Shown piece after piece: positions 1 through 13,514 of a DNA stretch of 39,849 bases. Origin of the DNA: Octopus bimaculoides (lineage: Eukaryota); contig NC_069001.1 in the NCBI RefSeq assembly GCF_001194135.2, positions 29,444,457 through 29,484,305 of the forward strand, written 5' to 3'. The translations under genes and the position numbers were made by a program. Numbering within the stretch: the stretch's first letter is position 1; every line of letters starts with the position of its first letter. The notes under the pieces are model-generated. The model was not told where the DNA came from and did not search any database. It was given only the letters and a program-made list of their open reading frames with translations.

Positions 1-57
<57 letters not shown>

Positions 58-1813
58 GTATATATACATATATTTATATATATGTCATATGTACATATGT
101 ATAAAATATTTATGTATATATTATGTATATTCAATATTGAGAAAATTCACTTGGTCTCTCAATATGCCTCCTTTGGAAGTAAATATACATATTAATAGGA
201 TTTAATATTTTCTATGAAAATAAAATGTACCAAATCTTTATGTTGAAAAGGTTGAACTCATTATTAAAGTGTTTTGAACTATTGTGGGACACATAGCTCT
301 CAGGTGCAAAATTTAATTAACTGCAGCGTGATGAATACAATAAGGAAATGGTCTAGATTTAAAATAGATACTCTATTTAATATAATACATCAATACACAA
401 ACACGCAGATACACATATACATCGACATACATACAAATATAAATATATAGTGTATATATATATATATNNNNNNNNNNNNNNNNNNNNNNNNNNNNNNNNN
501 NNNNNNNNNNNNNNNNNNNNNNNNNNNNNNNNNNNNNNNNNNNNNNNNNNNNNNNNNNNNNNNNNNNNNNNNNNNNNNNNNNNNNNNNNNNNNNNNNNNN
601 NNNNNNNNNNNNNNNNNNNNNNNNNNNNNNNNNNNNNNNNNNNNNNNNNNNNNNNNNNNNNNNNNNNNNNNNNNNNNNNNNNNNNNNNNNNNNNNNNNNN
701 NNNNNNNNNNNNNNNNNNNNNNTATTCTCTCCCAAGAATTATATCACATAGGCGTTAAAGGAGAAAGAAAGATGAGATATAAGAGGTGAGGTTCCGTTTG
801 GTATTTTGCATTGTACTATACCTCGTAGAATTCTTAATTTGATATATTTATACATAATTTTCTCGGTACTGTGGAATCCATCCATACCTTGCCACAATTC
901 AGTGTGTAGTGTTAAGTTGGTGGTTGAAAACAATACAATAAAATAACATAACAAAAATGAAATAATAATAAAAAATAAAATAGGAATATAAAATACTAAG
1001 AAAAAATAATACAGATATTCATACAAAAATAAAATTAAAATAAAGTAAAACATAAATGGAGTCAAATCGGTGGGGTGGGTAATCTATGAAACAATAACAG
1101 AAAATCTGGATAGTCAGGTAAGATAGATCTAAGCTATTTAGACGGGTTGGCGAAGGGTGGTGAGGAAAAATCTAAATGTAGAAGAAGAAGATAAAGTGAT
1201 AAATAGATATAGATACAGAGATCTTAAAGGTCTTATTTTAGTTCTTATTTTATTTCTTATTTGTTACATTATTAATGAGGGTACTATTGTTTCTTATCAC
1301 TATTATACTATATTACTACGGTCGAAATGCCCCCAATACTCTGTATTTTGAATTTTAACGGCCAACCCTCCCTCTCCCATATACTTTATTTCCCTTTTCT
1401 TGTTGACATGTTTAATTATTCATTCTTTAAGGTCTTCTATGTTATAATTACCCTTTCCACTTCCTTCACCCTTCTTCATCTAGATAAGTGTATGTAGGTA
1501 GGTTAGTACACTTAAGTTGTAAGTCGCTTAGGTTGACCACTCACCACAAGAATATCATGCTTCAAGTTTATTCTGGCCTGACAATACTTATTTACGAGCC
1601 ACCACTGATATAGGCTGATTTGTCCCGAAATTAGATGGAAGAATAAAAGAAAGTAAGACAAATATATATGAAATATATGAATTCAAGTTTAAGGTAGAGT
1701 TGTTTGGAAAGGGAAAGAGACGACGAGTGCAGCAAGCGATGGCTGTATATATATGCATATATATATATATATATATATAGTGATACATAGGTGTGGGTGT
1801 GTGTTTGCATGAA

Positions 1814-2110
1814 TGTGTGTTTCTAAGCTGGCAGATATTAATAGTTTAATGCAAGAATTTATTTGTAAATCCATACATATGAAAGGGAAACAGATACGCC
1901 CACATACATTGATGCACACGCACACGTGTGCCTGGAATTATATGTACGTACATATGTGTGTGTGCCGGTATGTACCTGTGTGTGTCGGTGTGTGTGTGTG
2001 TGCACAAATGTGTGTTTCTATGTCTGCAGATATTAATAGTTTAATATATAAATTTATAAATATACATCCGTAAATAAGAAAGGGAAAGAAATACACCCAC
2101 ACACATACAC
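1814..2110. repeat. Local duplication of about 100-bp unit (period about 194 bp)
   Basis: ATGTGTGTTTCTA...GCAGATATTAATAGTTTAAT...GAAAGGGAAA..ATAC.CCCAC occurs at about 1814 and about 2008. Confidence 0.75.
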
Positions 2111-2125
2111 ACACATATGTGCGTG

Positions 2126-2189
<64 letters not shown>

Positions 2190-2350
2190 TATATATGAGT
2201 GTGTATGAGTCTGTATTTATATGGGTATATGTTCTCGTATATGTAAAATATATGCTCCTCTACCTATGTTCGTGCATTTTTATGCAAATGTATGTAGTGT
2301 TACATATACATATATATATAATATGCCTGTGTACCTGTATATATATTGCA

Positions 2351-2381
<31 letters not shown>

Positions 2382-2559
2382 CAGAGAGTGACAGAGAGCA
2401 TGAGAAAGTGAGGGAGAAAGGAAGCCAAAAGAGTAGGACTTGTAAAATGATTGAGCTATCGATAACTCCGGTTCTTACCGTGACTAATTACAGACCGGTA
2501 TTACATGAATGCCTTTAGAAATATTGCCAATCGTCCATATTTTTTTCTTTCCTTTCTTT

Positions 2560-3270
2560 TCTTATTTTTACATTATTCTCTCTGATATGCTGTATTTTAC
2601 TTTCACTTTCACAGGATGGTTGTTACTGCTGCCAACAGCTGATCACGATGTTTTTTGTTTGTTATCGTTGCTTTTGTATTGTTTTATTACGCTTTTGTTT
2701 CTGTCATTACTTTTGTTGTTATGTAATTTGCTAGGTTTCGCTTAATGTCGGTCGTTTTTCTCATGTTTTTCATTGGTGTAATATTTCTGTTTTCTGATAG
2801 TCAATTCGCATTGTTGTCATTGAGACAACAATCATCGCTGCCATCGTCGTGGTCCTCGTCGTTGCTGCTGCTGTTATAGCTTTTGCTGCTATTTTCCTAT
2901 CATTATATCATTGTTTTTATTATTGTTCTTGCAGTTAGTATAATGAGTTTCTAGATAACATTATTGACGTTTTTTTCGCAGATGGGGATATTATTCTTAT
3001 TTGCGTTGTTGGAGTTATATAATATCATTGCTCTAGGTGATGTTTTCATAATTGTCATTTGTGCGCTTGATTTTGTTCTATTTGCTACTCCTGCTGACTC
3101 TCGTGATCGAAATTTTGCAGCTGATATCGCTATTATGTCTGATGTGACTGTTATCCTGGCTGTTTCCTATCTTTGCTTTCTTCATACCTGTGTTTTGTTT
3201 TTTCTCTCTTTAGATAATACTATGCTACTCGTGGTCAACTTTGTCGTCTTCGTGACAGGGTTACTTGCAT
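2560..3270. repeat. Decayed T-rich trinucleotide low-complexity region
   Basis: Runs of TTG, GTT, GTC and GCT units; source of the hydrophobic spurious ORFs. Confidence 0.65.
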
Positions 3271-3690
3271 AAAACTAAACTAACATATTCGCTCTTTCAA
3301 CTTTGCTAGGATGAGTTTTACGTAATTTTCCATAGAAAAATACCGCGAATTTTAACTGCAAAAGCAAAAGGCACACAAAACCCAACTTAGTCTACGTGAG
3401 CAGAAAATAACTTTGTAAACAGTACATGCCCTGCCTTGGGCCTAAAAGAATAGAAGCAGTAGGATGACAAAATATAATAGAGAAATATGCATATATCCAT
3501 ATATTTGTCTTCCAATGTTTCGTCAAAGGTAATAGTATAATAACTCTTGTTGACACAGGTCATAATGTTCGTGGCTGGCACATTCTAATATTATATCACT
3601 GGAGATGCGGATGATCGTACGGAGCAGCGGAAAGAACTTTTGTTTGATTCATTTCGATTAATTTACACGTTTTCTTTTTTATGATTACAG

Positions 3691-4091
3691 GAGGCAACGC
3701 AATTAATGAGCCGGTCTATCGACGTAAAGGCCGGTGATAAGGGGATAAGGAACGGTGAAGGCGTAAAGCAGAATAAATAGTTTGTTATAACCCTGGCTGT
3801 GATGCAGTTTGAGGATTTGAAGCTGGGCTTGGCATGAAGAATGAGTGACATCGAGTGAAAGAGAAGACAAAGTCCCCACACTGCATACTACTACTGCTAT
3901 TCGCAATACAGTTTGCAGCTCGGTGGGAAATCGTAAAACTAACTTCAGATTCAGTCCTACACCTATCACAACTAGTGGAACCGATGAGGAGGAGGAAGAA
4001 GAGGATGCTTATATCATTAATGTAGACGTTTTGCAAAAATTTGACATTAAGAAAGAAAATTTGATTGTAGCGTCAAATTGGTTACATCACT
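3691..4091 (+). other. Exon-like segment with higher GC, containing a start-less acidic ORF
   Basis: Acceptor TTTTCTTTTTTATGATTACAG at 3690, donor CTG|GTAATG after 4091, and ORF 3845-4096 with a DEEEEEED tract. Confidence 0.4.
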
Positions 4092-4429
4092 GGTAATGTA
4101 CTATTAATAATAATAATTGTTTGTAATATAAGTACAAAGGCCTAAATGTTGAAGTGAGAGGATCACCGATTATAATGACCTCCACTATATGATATTTATC
4201 TTGTTTATCGATCCCAGAAAAATGAAAAGCATAGTTAACCTCGGCGAAATTTCAATTCAGAAAGTTAAAAGACGAAAGGAAAGCTGCCAGACTTTGTTAT
4301 TCGATGCACTAAAAGTTCGCCTTGTTTGCCGTTTCATAATAATATTAAGAATAACAGCAACAACAAAAATAAGCTTTTTATTTTGAAGTCAGTGTCTCAA
4401 ATATATTTAAATTAATTATTGTTTTCAGA

Positions 4430-4634
4430 TTTTGGCTCAAGGCCAGCAATATAGGGGGAGGGCGTAAAGGGATTACATCAACCCCATGTGATTCACTTAT
4501 ACTTATTTTATCAATCCCTGAACGGATGAAATACAAATTAATCTTCGCCAGAATTTGAACTCCGAACATCAAAACATACAAAATACCGCTAATTTTGCAT
4601 GGCATTCTAAAGATTCTGTCAGCGCGCTGCCTTA
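4430..4634 (-). mobile_element. Degenerate tRNA-derived SINE (Octopus-type family with AAGGCGGCGAGCTGGCAGAATCG-like head)
   Basis: Minus strand begins TTAAGGCAGCGCGCTGACAGAATC and contains a B-box-like GAGTTCAAATTC and a central TTTCATCC..GGGATTGATAAAATAAGTA motif. Family assignment is from memory. Related fragments lie at about 4150-4280 and 30520-30560. Confidence 0.7.
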
Positions 4635-5773
4635 AATATAAAATTAGTATTCAAACATGAAATTTACTAAATATTTAGCGATGCAAAGGCATTGATATAT
4701 TGAAACTAAGATATACCTTATGACGTTATACAGTGGACACATTATTATACAGTGATAGAGAGAACTCAATGGATACGAAATCACACACCTCGTCATTGCA
4801 GACCTAGAAATTATCTGTCTGAACTAACGAATGCCAATGATGAAATACTCACGTCTGTATGATTATTTTTCGCTTTATAAATGTTGTATATGAGTGTTAG
4901 TGTGTGCAACTCTCTAAATGAGTGTTATTTATATGGTTCTGTCTTCTGTACGTTCAATCCGAAAAAAATAATCGTAGCATACTCTTGTCAATAAAAATAT
5001 ACATTACAGTCCCTTCTGTTAAAATGTCTCCCTCACTATACGATACAATATTGTACATTTTGTTTAGTGTTTCTTATCTGTTGTAAATTTTCATTTTGTA
5101 ATAGACAGAATTTTTTTCTAAAAATTTTTATAAAATCAAATCTTATTATTCATCACCCTTTGTGGAACACAAATTCATATTTCACACAACGTAAGAGTTA
5201 TAACGAAATTCAGCTGGGAGATTTATTTTTTGTGATCGTAAGAGGATACGTGTATTATTTGTTAAAACGAATGACTGTTATTCGGTGGAAACATGTCTCG
5301 TTGCATCTGATTCATTCTGTATGTTTGTTTTTATGATCGTTGTGTAAACGCAAAATAATATGCGTGCATGTGTGTGTATTTGTGCACTTTTATGTGTGTT
5401 TGGCTGCGCCTGTTTCTGTACGTATGTATGTATTATGTATGTTTGTGTTTGCTGTGAGCGTGTGCGCATGCACTAGATTCCAAAATAGTTAGATATTCCA
5501 AATTTACATATACATCGTCTATACGAGTCGGAAACGTACTATATAAAATCTATCGTCTTAGTGAATCTTTATAAATACTGTTGAAAACAGACAACCATAC
5601 AGGCACACACTCATACACGCACACACATACACACACACACACAAACACACACCTACATACACGCACACACACACACACACATATCGATCTACAGATAGTT
5701 AGACAAAGAGACTCATACGTAGAGATATACATATATATGTATAAATATGTATTTACGTCTATATGTGCGTATT

Positions 5774-5851
<78 letters not shown>

Positions 5852-6447
5852 CAGAACATACATATAAGCAATAAATATCGACAGATACATAGACACAAAT
5901 CCATACATATATGTGTGTATGTATGTACTTACATGTGCACACATGTCACGTATTTTCTGCAATAATCAAACCGCGATCACACGAATCTATGCAATTTCGA
6001 TGCAGACCTAAGATTTTAGCATACTTGAAATGTCAGCTTTTATCTGAATATTTAATTGAAAATATCAAGTGAAATTGAACGTTTCTTGTATATTTTCTGG
6101 TTTCATTTAAATTGAAACAAAACGGCAATGAAATTGCTTGAAGCGATACTATTAACATAGTTCGTTCACAGTAAAGAGAGAAGAAAAATCAATAATTTGC
6201 CTTCAAGTTATGTATTATTTTACTCCGGAATTTGAAGCAATGGTGCAACGGAGAAAGGTGTGAAGTAATATTCAAAGTATCATACACATACAGAGAAATA
6301 GGTGATTGCATACAAACTCATATAGAAATACACACAGCCATTCTGCTTTCTCTCCCATCTCTCTCCCTCAGCCATCACGCTTTTTATTTTGTCTGTATGT
6401 TTCTATTTGTGTCTCTGTCTGTGTCTCTTCTTCTGCATACACATTCT

Positions 6448-6482
<35 letters not shown>

Positions 6483-6547
6483 TATATGTACATGTGTATG
6501 TATGTATGTATGTATGTATATATGAATGCATGCATATATACATGTTG

Positions 6548-6690
6548 GCGATGATGCTGACGATGATGGTAATGATTATACTGATGATCATGATGATGAC
6601 GATGACAACGACAACGACGATGATGATGATATTAAATAAGATGATGATGATGAAGATGATGATTGTTGTGATGATTATAATAACAGAAAT
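6548..6690. repeat. Degenerate (GAT/GAC)n trinucleotide tract
   Basis: Direct reading of the sequence. Confidence 0.9.
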
Positions 6691-7360
6691 AACTAGTTAT
6701 GAAAGACGGTATATATTGGCTATATTTGAAATACACAGCACGTCATCTGACAAAGAAAGTTAATACAGTCTAGCAGTGAAAGTGTTCTAGGCCTTATACA
6801 ATGAGGTGAGCATTCCGAAATACCTACTGTGGGATTAGAAAACAATTTAGTGGTGAATAATGGAGACTTAATGCAAACAGCTACGAAACAAGAACAGAAA
6901 AGAAATTTTAAAATCGAGGAAATCAAGTATTGCGAAACACTGCTTAAATTAGCCGATAGTTATTAAGAGAAACATGTGGTATCAACTGAAAACTGGAAGT
7001 GAATTTGTGTTGAGTTTAAAATCTAGCCAACATATGACATGCTGCAGAACATTATAAAGCAATGAAAAGTAAACGCTACTGCAAGACCAACACATTTGAA
7101 GCATGTAAAGGATGAAATATTTGTGGAAAATTGCAACAATTGTTGAGAAGTTTATTCGCAAAAATGAGTTTTATATACTTTTCCTTGTATTACAGGATGA
7201 AACCATCCAAATAAATTCATAAAGGTCTTCTAATAAATGAAACAGCATAAATAACTAAACGCAATTCATTTAGAGTAGTGAATGAGTAATCCGCAGAGAA
7301 TCCGCTGCTTCTTCTTAAGTGTGGAAATTGCAACATTAAATGGGAACTTAAAAATATGTA

Positions 7361-7520
7361 TACATTATTTACATTATGTATATTTGACGGATATTTGTCC
7401 TCATCTTTTATGCTGTTAACACAATGTTTCGGCTGATATACTCTTCAGCCTTTACCAGGTGTCTTGGGGAAATTTCGAACCTAGGTTCTCATTCCTAAGG
7501 TATTTTCCGATGTTATTATT
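7361..7520 (-). mobile_element. Headless copy of hammerhead-motif SINE-like repeat (left arm of inverted pair)
   Basis: Its reverse complement aligns over about 150 bp with 7570-7722 and with the 3' part of 19876-20095. The minus strand at 7418-7463 reads GACAC-CTGGTAA-AGGCTG-aagagtatat-CAGCC-GAAA-CATT-GTGTT. Confidence 0.85.
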
Positions 7521-7526
7521 GTTATT

Positions 7527-7527
7527 A

Positions 7528-7577
<50 letters not shown>
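7527..7577. repeat. (AAT)n microsatellite between the inverted arms
   Basis: Direct reading of the sequence. Confidence 0.95.
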
Positions 7578-7579
<2 letters not shown>

Positions 7580-7762
7580 CCGAAAAATACCTTCGGAATG
7601 GGAACCCAGTTTCGAAATTTCCCCAAGACACAGGATGAAAGCTGGGGAGTAAGTCAGCCGAAACGTTGTGTTAACAACAAACAAGATGAGGACAAATATC
7701 CGTCAAATGTAAATAATGTACACAAGTACACAATTCCTCATCTCTGAACTATAGAACTGTAA
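7570..7762 (+). mobile_element. Headless copy of hammerhead-motif SINE-like repeat (right arm of inverted pair)
   Basis: Matches 19955-20095. Positions 7627-7672 read GACAC-AGGATGA-AAGCTG-gggagtaagt-CAGCC-GAAA-CGTT-GTGTT. Confidence 0.85.
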
Positions 7763-8360
7763 GATATATATAGCTATGCATTTCGTCCAGTTTCACACAT
7801 TGGGAAATTGATTGCACTGTGAGACCTCACTAGGAATGCAAATTTCCTCTAGGACAGCGTCTTTACGTAATTATATGTTTTATTAGCAATAGCATAAATC
7901 TACCACAGAATCTCAAAATGTCATAACCAATACCGGTATCTGAATTACAGACATCGGTCCTCTACGAAATGATTTATAATTTTTTACCATTTGGGTCGAC
8001 TCAGAAATAATTTTATAATTTGTCAACGATGCATGGTGCAGCCCTTTAGAAATTTCCCCATGAGTCGCAATACCTTGTTGTTGCTCTTCTGAGGAGGCGA
8101 ATTTGTGGTACTTATTTATTTCTCGAAGTTTTGTACACATTTTATCAGATTTCGTAATTTTCTTTTTTATAATTTCCACCAACGCTATGATTAAATTTTC
8201 TTGTTTTACTATGCTAATCGACTCACAGCTGTAATTTTAAACGTTACTGATGTGATTGTTGGTGATTTGTTGTTTGTTTTTCTGTAGTTACTGTTCTGCT
8301 TGTGTCACATTTTTGTTGGTTCTTTATCTCATGAAGAAATCCTTATATTCACACGCTGAA

Positions 8361-8495
8361 ATATGACCTACATTGGACCCCTTATTCGCATAATCACCGA
8401 ACCTGGAGCTTAACTATGGTCTATCCACAGCACTTGCTCAGCATTACCTGACACCTCTGGGTCTAATTGACACAACTTTCGCTCATTACCTATAT
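8361..8495 (+). repeat. About 135-bp dispersed repeat, copy 1
   Basis: ATATGACCTA...ATTCGCATAATCACCGA..CTGGAG.TTAACTAT...AGCATTACCTG...ACCTATATA aligns with 30941-31080. Both copies run into (TA)n. Confidence 0.8.
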
Positions 8496-10068
8496 ATATA
8501 TATATATAAGTTATATTTATTTGATTCGAATTGTAGTTGGACATAATTTTATTTTTAATTTTAAAACAATTCTCCACACTTCTGGCCACGTCTTAGTGTG
8601 TGTGTGTGTAGGAACTATAATTATAGATCATTTACAATAATCCACTTCCCATTTGTTCGGCTAACTTTTTTTCAGTTTAAGTTTTATCGATACGAATGGA
8701 GCATATATTATTGTAAATAATATGTATAAGTATTGATATTATGAAAAGGACTTATGTTCTTATCCGTAATTTACACTCTTCGGGTTTGTTTACAAATCTA
8801 TAAATATGTATATATATATATATATATATATATGGGGGGGTGCGTGTGTGTGTGTGTAAGAGTGTGNNNNNNNNNNGTGTGTGGGGGGGGGCGTGTGTGT
8901 GTATGAACGAGTATTATTGAAATCTCACCCATCTGCTAAAAATGTTTAATAAACATGTGCACTGCTAAATATATTGAATAAGTCTTTAGTGTCGTGTTAA
9001 ATTGTTTTCATATATGGCTTAAAGAAAACATTAATAGATTCATATATAGTTACATACATATAACGTTAATATACATACTTATATGTGTGTGTTTGTCTGT
9101 CTGTGTGCCTGTGTTCGCGCGCGTTGTGTCAACAACTCTGTTTTGTTTACCTTCAGAGTATCTTTCTCAAAATCTAAACATTCATTGATTACCACTTGAC
9201 GTAATGCCATGTCCAATCTTGTTTCTTTGTTTCCTTGTACATGACACATTCAGCCGATAATACATCAACGAAGTGTTATTTTATGAGACTGAAAGTTACA
9301 TCTAATGTTATGATCTCACCTTTCATCAATTGTTTATCCTGTTATCTGTTGCATCGAATATATTCTAAGAAATATTGAACCGAAATAAAGAAAGATATTA
9401 CCAAAGATAAACCATTCTCTAATGCACGTAGGTATTTACTCCTCTCAATGCCATTCCCCTCTCTCATTCATACACTTGTGCAATTCTTATAGATTTTTGG
9501 AATCTAGGAAATATTCAATTTAACAATATTATCGCATAATTTTATTGTTATTATGAGAATGAAATGATATTTATATTAGAACACGCCTCGTGTTTTTATG
9601 ATATTTTCTTGTAACGTTCGCATGAGCGGGTAGCTGGACACTGGAAATGTCGTAATTTTAGAGTTGCCTTATCGTTTACAGCGGAAAGAGTCGAGTTATA
9701 TTACATTTCCCTATGCCAAGTGATGCTGTATGACTCAACAAGCGATGTGCCCTGCAACTAATGGTGATATGGTGTTAATGAGACCGGTGCCGAGTTAATT
9801 ATTATCTGTGGTCAGTGAGCAGAGATGTTTGTCAATGTCACACAAGGAAATGACTGTTGAATGAAAAAACACAGGGTATCATAGTCTCCCCATGGTTTCC
9901 GAGAGAACCATAAAACGACGGGCGGCAACTTCACTCTCAGTATGCCGTTAGCCCGAAATATCGTCTATAAGATAATTGCAGTACATTTACTATTAGGAAA
10001 TAAAAATCTTTATGTTGCAACAAAGTTTAAATATAAACTTACACTCATGTTTAAATATATACACACAC

Positions 10069-10108
<40 letters not shown>

Positions 10109-11085
10109 CCACCTATATATACACCCACGGCCATATATAAATATATGTTATTTTCAAGTATGACATATAGTGATCGTTTTTATATATTCTCATTTGTCCG
10201 ACATGTCCTTCATGAAAAAGAATATTCAAAAATCCATTTGGCTGACGTTTGAAAACCGTTAACAGAGACACCTTAATCTGAACATAAAACTGGGAAGGTC
10301 TCGGATTAAGGAGCATTTTTATCGAACGGAATACGTAAAGGTCTAATATGGAAATGTGAAAAGATCCTGGATAAAATAAATGGAATTGAACAAAAACGTG
10401 GTTTTGATATAACATGTTTAAAAGAAAAGTTTTTCAATATTTATACACGTATGTGTATGGATTATAAAATATCCACATACCAATATAAATGTGTATATGT
10501 AAACTTATTATATATATAGATACATGAATATATACATGTGTATATATACACATATACAAGCATATACGCGTGTATGTGTATGCAGGCATCCGTTCGTGTG
10601 TCAACATATGTAATTGTATACTCTCAAAAACACTCTTCCATATAGGCTGACAAAGTGAGAATGAAATAGAAAAAGTCGGAGAGAAAATAAAAAAAAAATA
10701 GCAAATCATATTTTACATGCCTATCTATTTCTTTATAGATATTATAATATTATAGACTAGAAGTAAATATGTATTTCTGCTTATACACTTTTCATAAAAA
10801 ATGAGAAAAAATAAAATGTAAAATTCATTAATTTTTGCTTTCTACATCTCGAAACTCATATTAACATTTCGAATGTTTCATTTTGAAGCACTAGCTAATA
10901 CTTTTTTCTTATGTTGTTAAAATAAACTCTTGTATCATGGCTTGCTTCTAGAAATACAAAGATTTTTTGGGCATTAGCAACAAACTACAAAACATACGCA
11001 TATGCGTGCCTGTGTGTATATGTTTTTGTGTGTGAGTCTGTCTCTGCGAGCGAGTGTGCATGTGTAGGAACATGTGTGTTTCTGA

Positions 11086-11117
<32 letters not shown>

Positions 11118-12371
11118 ATGTATTCATAGATAGATAGATAGATATGTGGACAGAAAGATTGATAAGGCATAGATGGAGAAATCCAGAAATATATATGAAT
11201 ATATTCATATAAGGTAAAGAGTAAATTTTTTCACGAATCCTACGTTTGAAAAGGAAAATCGTATGTAATAAGAAAATATTCCACGAAGGTTACAACATTC
11301 CTCGTAATATTTATATATTATATTTAATAAATATACATCCCACACATTTTTTTTCACCCACACTCATACACACGCATAAAAAATATATACGCACACACAC
11401 ACACACACTTTTATATATATGATAAACGTTATCTCTTTTTGAGGAAAACATGGAATATTTGTATGTGTGGGGAAAGAAATAAAACTCCTTAGAAAGAGTT
11501 CATAAAGAATACGAAAGAAAATTATACGATTGTTCGTTTTCTTAAGCGACACAATTTTTTGAAGATGTACCTACAAAGAGGTGGAGTGAAATCTGAATAA
11601 GATACATATGGTGAACCAAACGATAGAATATTAAAATAAGTGTAACATTAACCATGTATCAATAATGTTCTCTTATATAAATATGATGCGGAAAAAATTG
11701 GCTATACCATACTTCATCTTGGAAACAGAAATATATATATTTTTTTTCAAATTACACGTTTTGTGATGAAAACTATTATCCACAAAGAAAATTATTGTCA
11801 AGAATAAGAATGAAGAATATCTAGAAATTTAATTCATTCTAACTATTTGCAGGTGAGAATCACGAGGTTCTTCTGATCACTGGCAGAAGGAAGCCAAGTT
11901 GGTAATACTACAATTGAAAACGAAAACTGTTGGACATAGATATCACGATGGGAATGTGTTTAGTATTAAATTTGCTAAAATAGAATGAAAAAAAAAAATA
12001 GAAAATTTTAGACCGCATGACTAAAAGACGTCTCTCGATTTATGACGAAGATACATCGAAATGAATCACAGTATTCTATAATACAAGGCCTGAAAATAAA
12101 TGTGATTCCTCTACACGTACGATATTATGGCAATTTACTATGGTTAACTGGTAAGGAGAGCAGCTCTCATTGAAAAAAGGGTTTGACAATACGAATATGT
12201 ATCTTCTGGAATACAGTGTTTAATTCTACTTCCCGGGAGTTTACACCCAGAAGAGAATCTATCTATCTCTCNNNNNNNNNNNNNNNNNNNNNNNNNNNNN
12301 NNNNNNNNNNNNNNNNNNNNNNNNNNNNNNNNNNNNNNNNNNNNNNNNNNNNNNNNNNNNNNNNNNNNNNN

Positions 12372-12414
<43 letters not shown>

Positions 12415-13103
12415 CGTGTGTTTGTCTACCTTTATGTATAATTGGCTTCGTTGTGTGTCATGTAATTTTCTGTGTACTGTTGGAAATTAATGCGGTACAT
12501 CTCTCAGCCATCCAGACTGTATAATGATAATGATACACCGTTAATCTATGTTTCGCCATTATTGCATCAATGAAATCACTTCTAATTAACTAACGTAAAT
12601 TCTATAAATTTGGGTGTAACTTTCGTAATATGAATAAAATGAATGTCTATGTGAATTCGTAGACGCCACTTTGTATGGCGGCACACATTGTAACTAGAAT
12701 GATATGTCTGAATTACCGGCTATGTATATTCAAGTATTCCACGGCATTTATATTCTTGTCTATAGCAGCTGCTATCAGTACTAATTTCTGGTCTGTATTT
12801 CCAGCTGTTCATGGTTTGCCAAAGTGTCTCGTATAAAATTCTTGTGTCTTTACCATGGAAATATTTACCTTCCATTACTCATAAACCTCTACTTACCTAT
12901 TTAACTGTGTTTGAAATTCTAATGTAAATTATCGCCAGTTTCATATTCTGTTTCCTAATGTGCGGCGAGAGTGATAAAGATGTTTATGATTGAGATAGGC
13001 AAAAACATACCGCTTACATTTGATATCTTGGATAAGCATTCGCCAGATTATGTTGGGCGGAGCGAGGTAGCGGCGATTTATCTCCCCGCTAGCGATATAA
13101 AGA

Positions 13104-13279
13104 AGGGTAAAAAAAATATATAAGAAGATTAGTTAATCATGGATTTTTTTCAGTCTATTTCCCTCTCAGATCCTCAAGCTTCTTTCTGCGGTCCTACATT
13201 TTGTCTAAGCCCTGTAAAAGTACTCAAAATGTTAGGCCTCCAACTCTTTAAACCAGGAAAATTTCAGTAACCCCTCGTA
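13104..13279 (-). mobile_element. Tc1/mariner-derived non-autonomous element fragment
   Basis: Minus strand starts with a mariner-like terminal repeat, TACGAGGGGTTACTGAAATTTTCCTGG. It then encodes a decayed transposase C-terminus, LQGLDKM*DRRKKLEDLRGK*TE, resembling the mariner G(I/L)xxLxxRWxKCxxxxGxYxE motif. The second terminal repeat is missing. Confidence 0.7.
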
Positions 13280-13472
13280 CACTACAAAATAGTTATAACT
13301 AACATAGCAGAATAAAAAGAATCTAGTGATCTTGTGAGGAGGCGAAAACGGTGACCCAGAGAGTATGGAACTTATAATTCTTTCAAGTTTAAATTATAGT
13401 TATTACAAAATTCTCACAAATAAAATTATTCTTCCATGCGAAATGTCTGTGGTGTTAACTTTCTTTTTGCAG

Positions 13473-13514
13473 ATGAGTTATTAACGAGGGTTTTGATAAT
13501 ACACAAAACATGAT
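13473..13514 (+). other. Candidate small exon with stops in all frames (non-coding)
   Basis: TTAAC branch-like site, TTTCTTTTTGCAG acceptor and GAT|GTAAGA donor. Confidence 0.35.

Noticed and set aside
760-930. Possible third GIY-YIG remnant (IYQIKNSTRY...) on the minus strand
   Set aside because: Lacks the YIG/YVG motif and is interrupted by stops.
1590-1640. Hammerhead-like CTGATAT...GG/CC...GAAA string
   Set aside because: The core deviates from CTGANGA, there is no valid NUH triplet after GAAA, and no second copy supports it.
7913-8182. Minus-strand 89-aa ORF
   Set aside because: TTG start, no recognisable motif and no convincing splice sites.
12690-12875. Short minus-strand frames (MEGKYFHGKDTR... 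and an ankyrin-like AAIDKNINAVEYL)
   Set aside because: About 50 aa or less, bounded by stops, and the motif match is too short to exceed chance.
13050-13102. GC box (GGGCGG) plus TATAAA promoter-like pair
   Set aside because: Short motifs abutting a mariner fragment, with no independent evidence of a start site.
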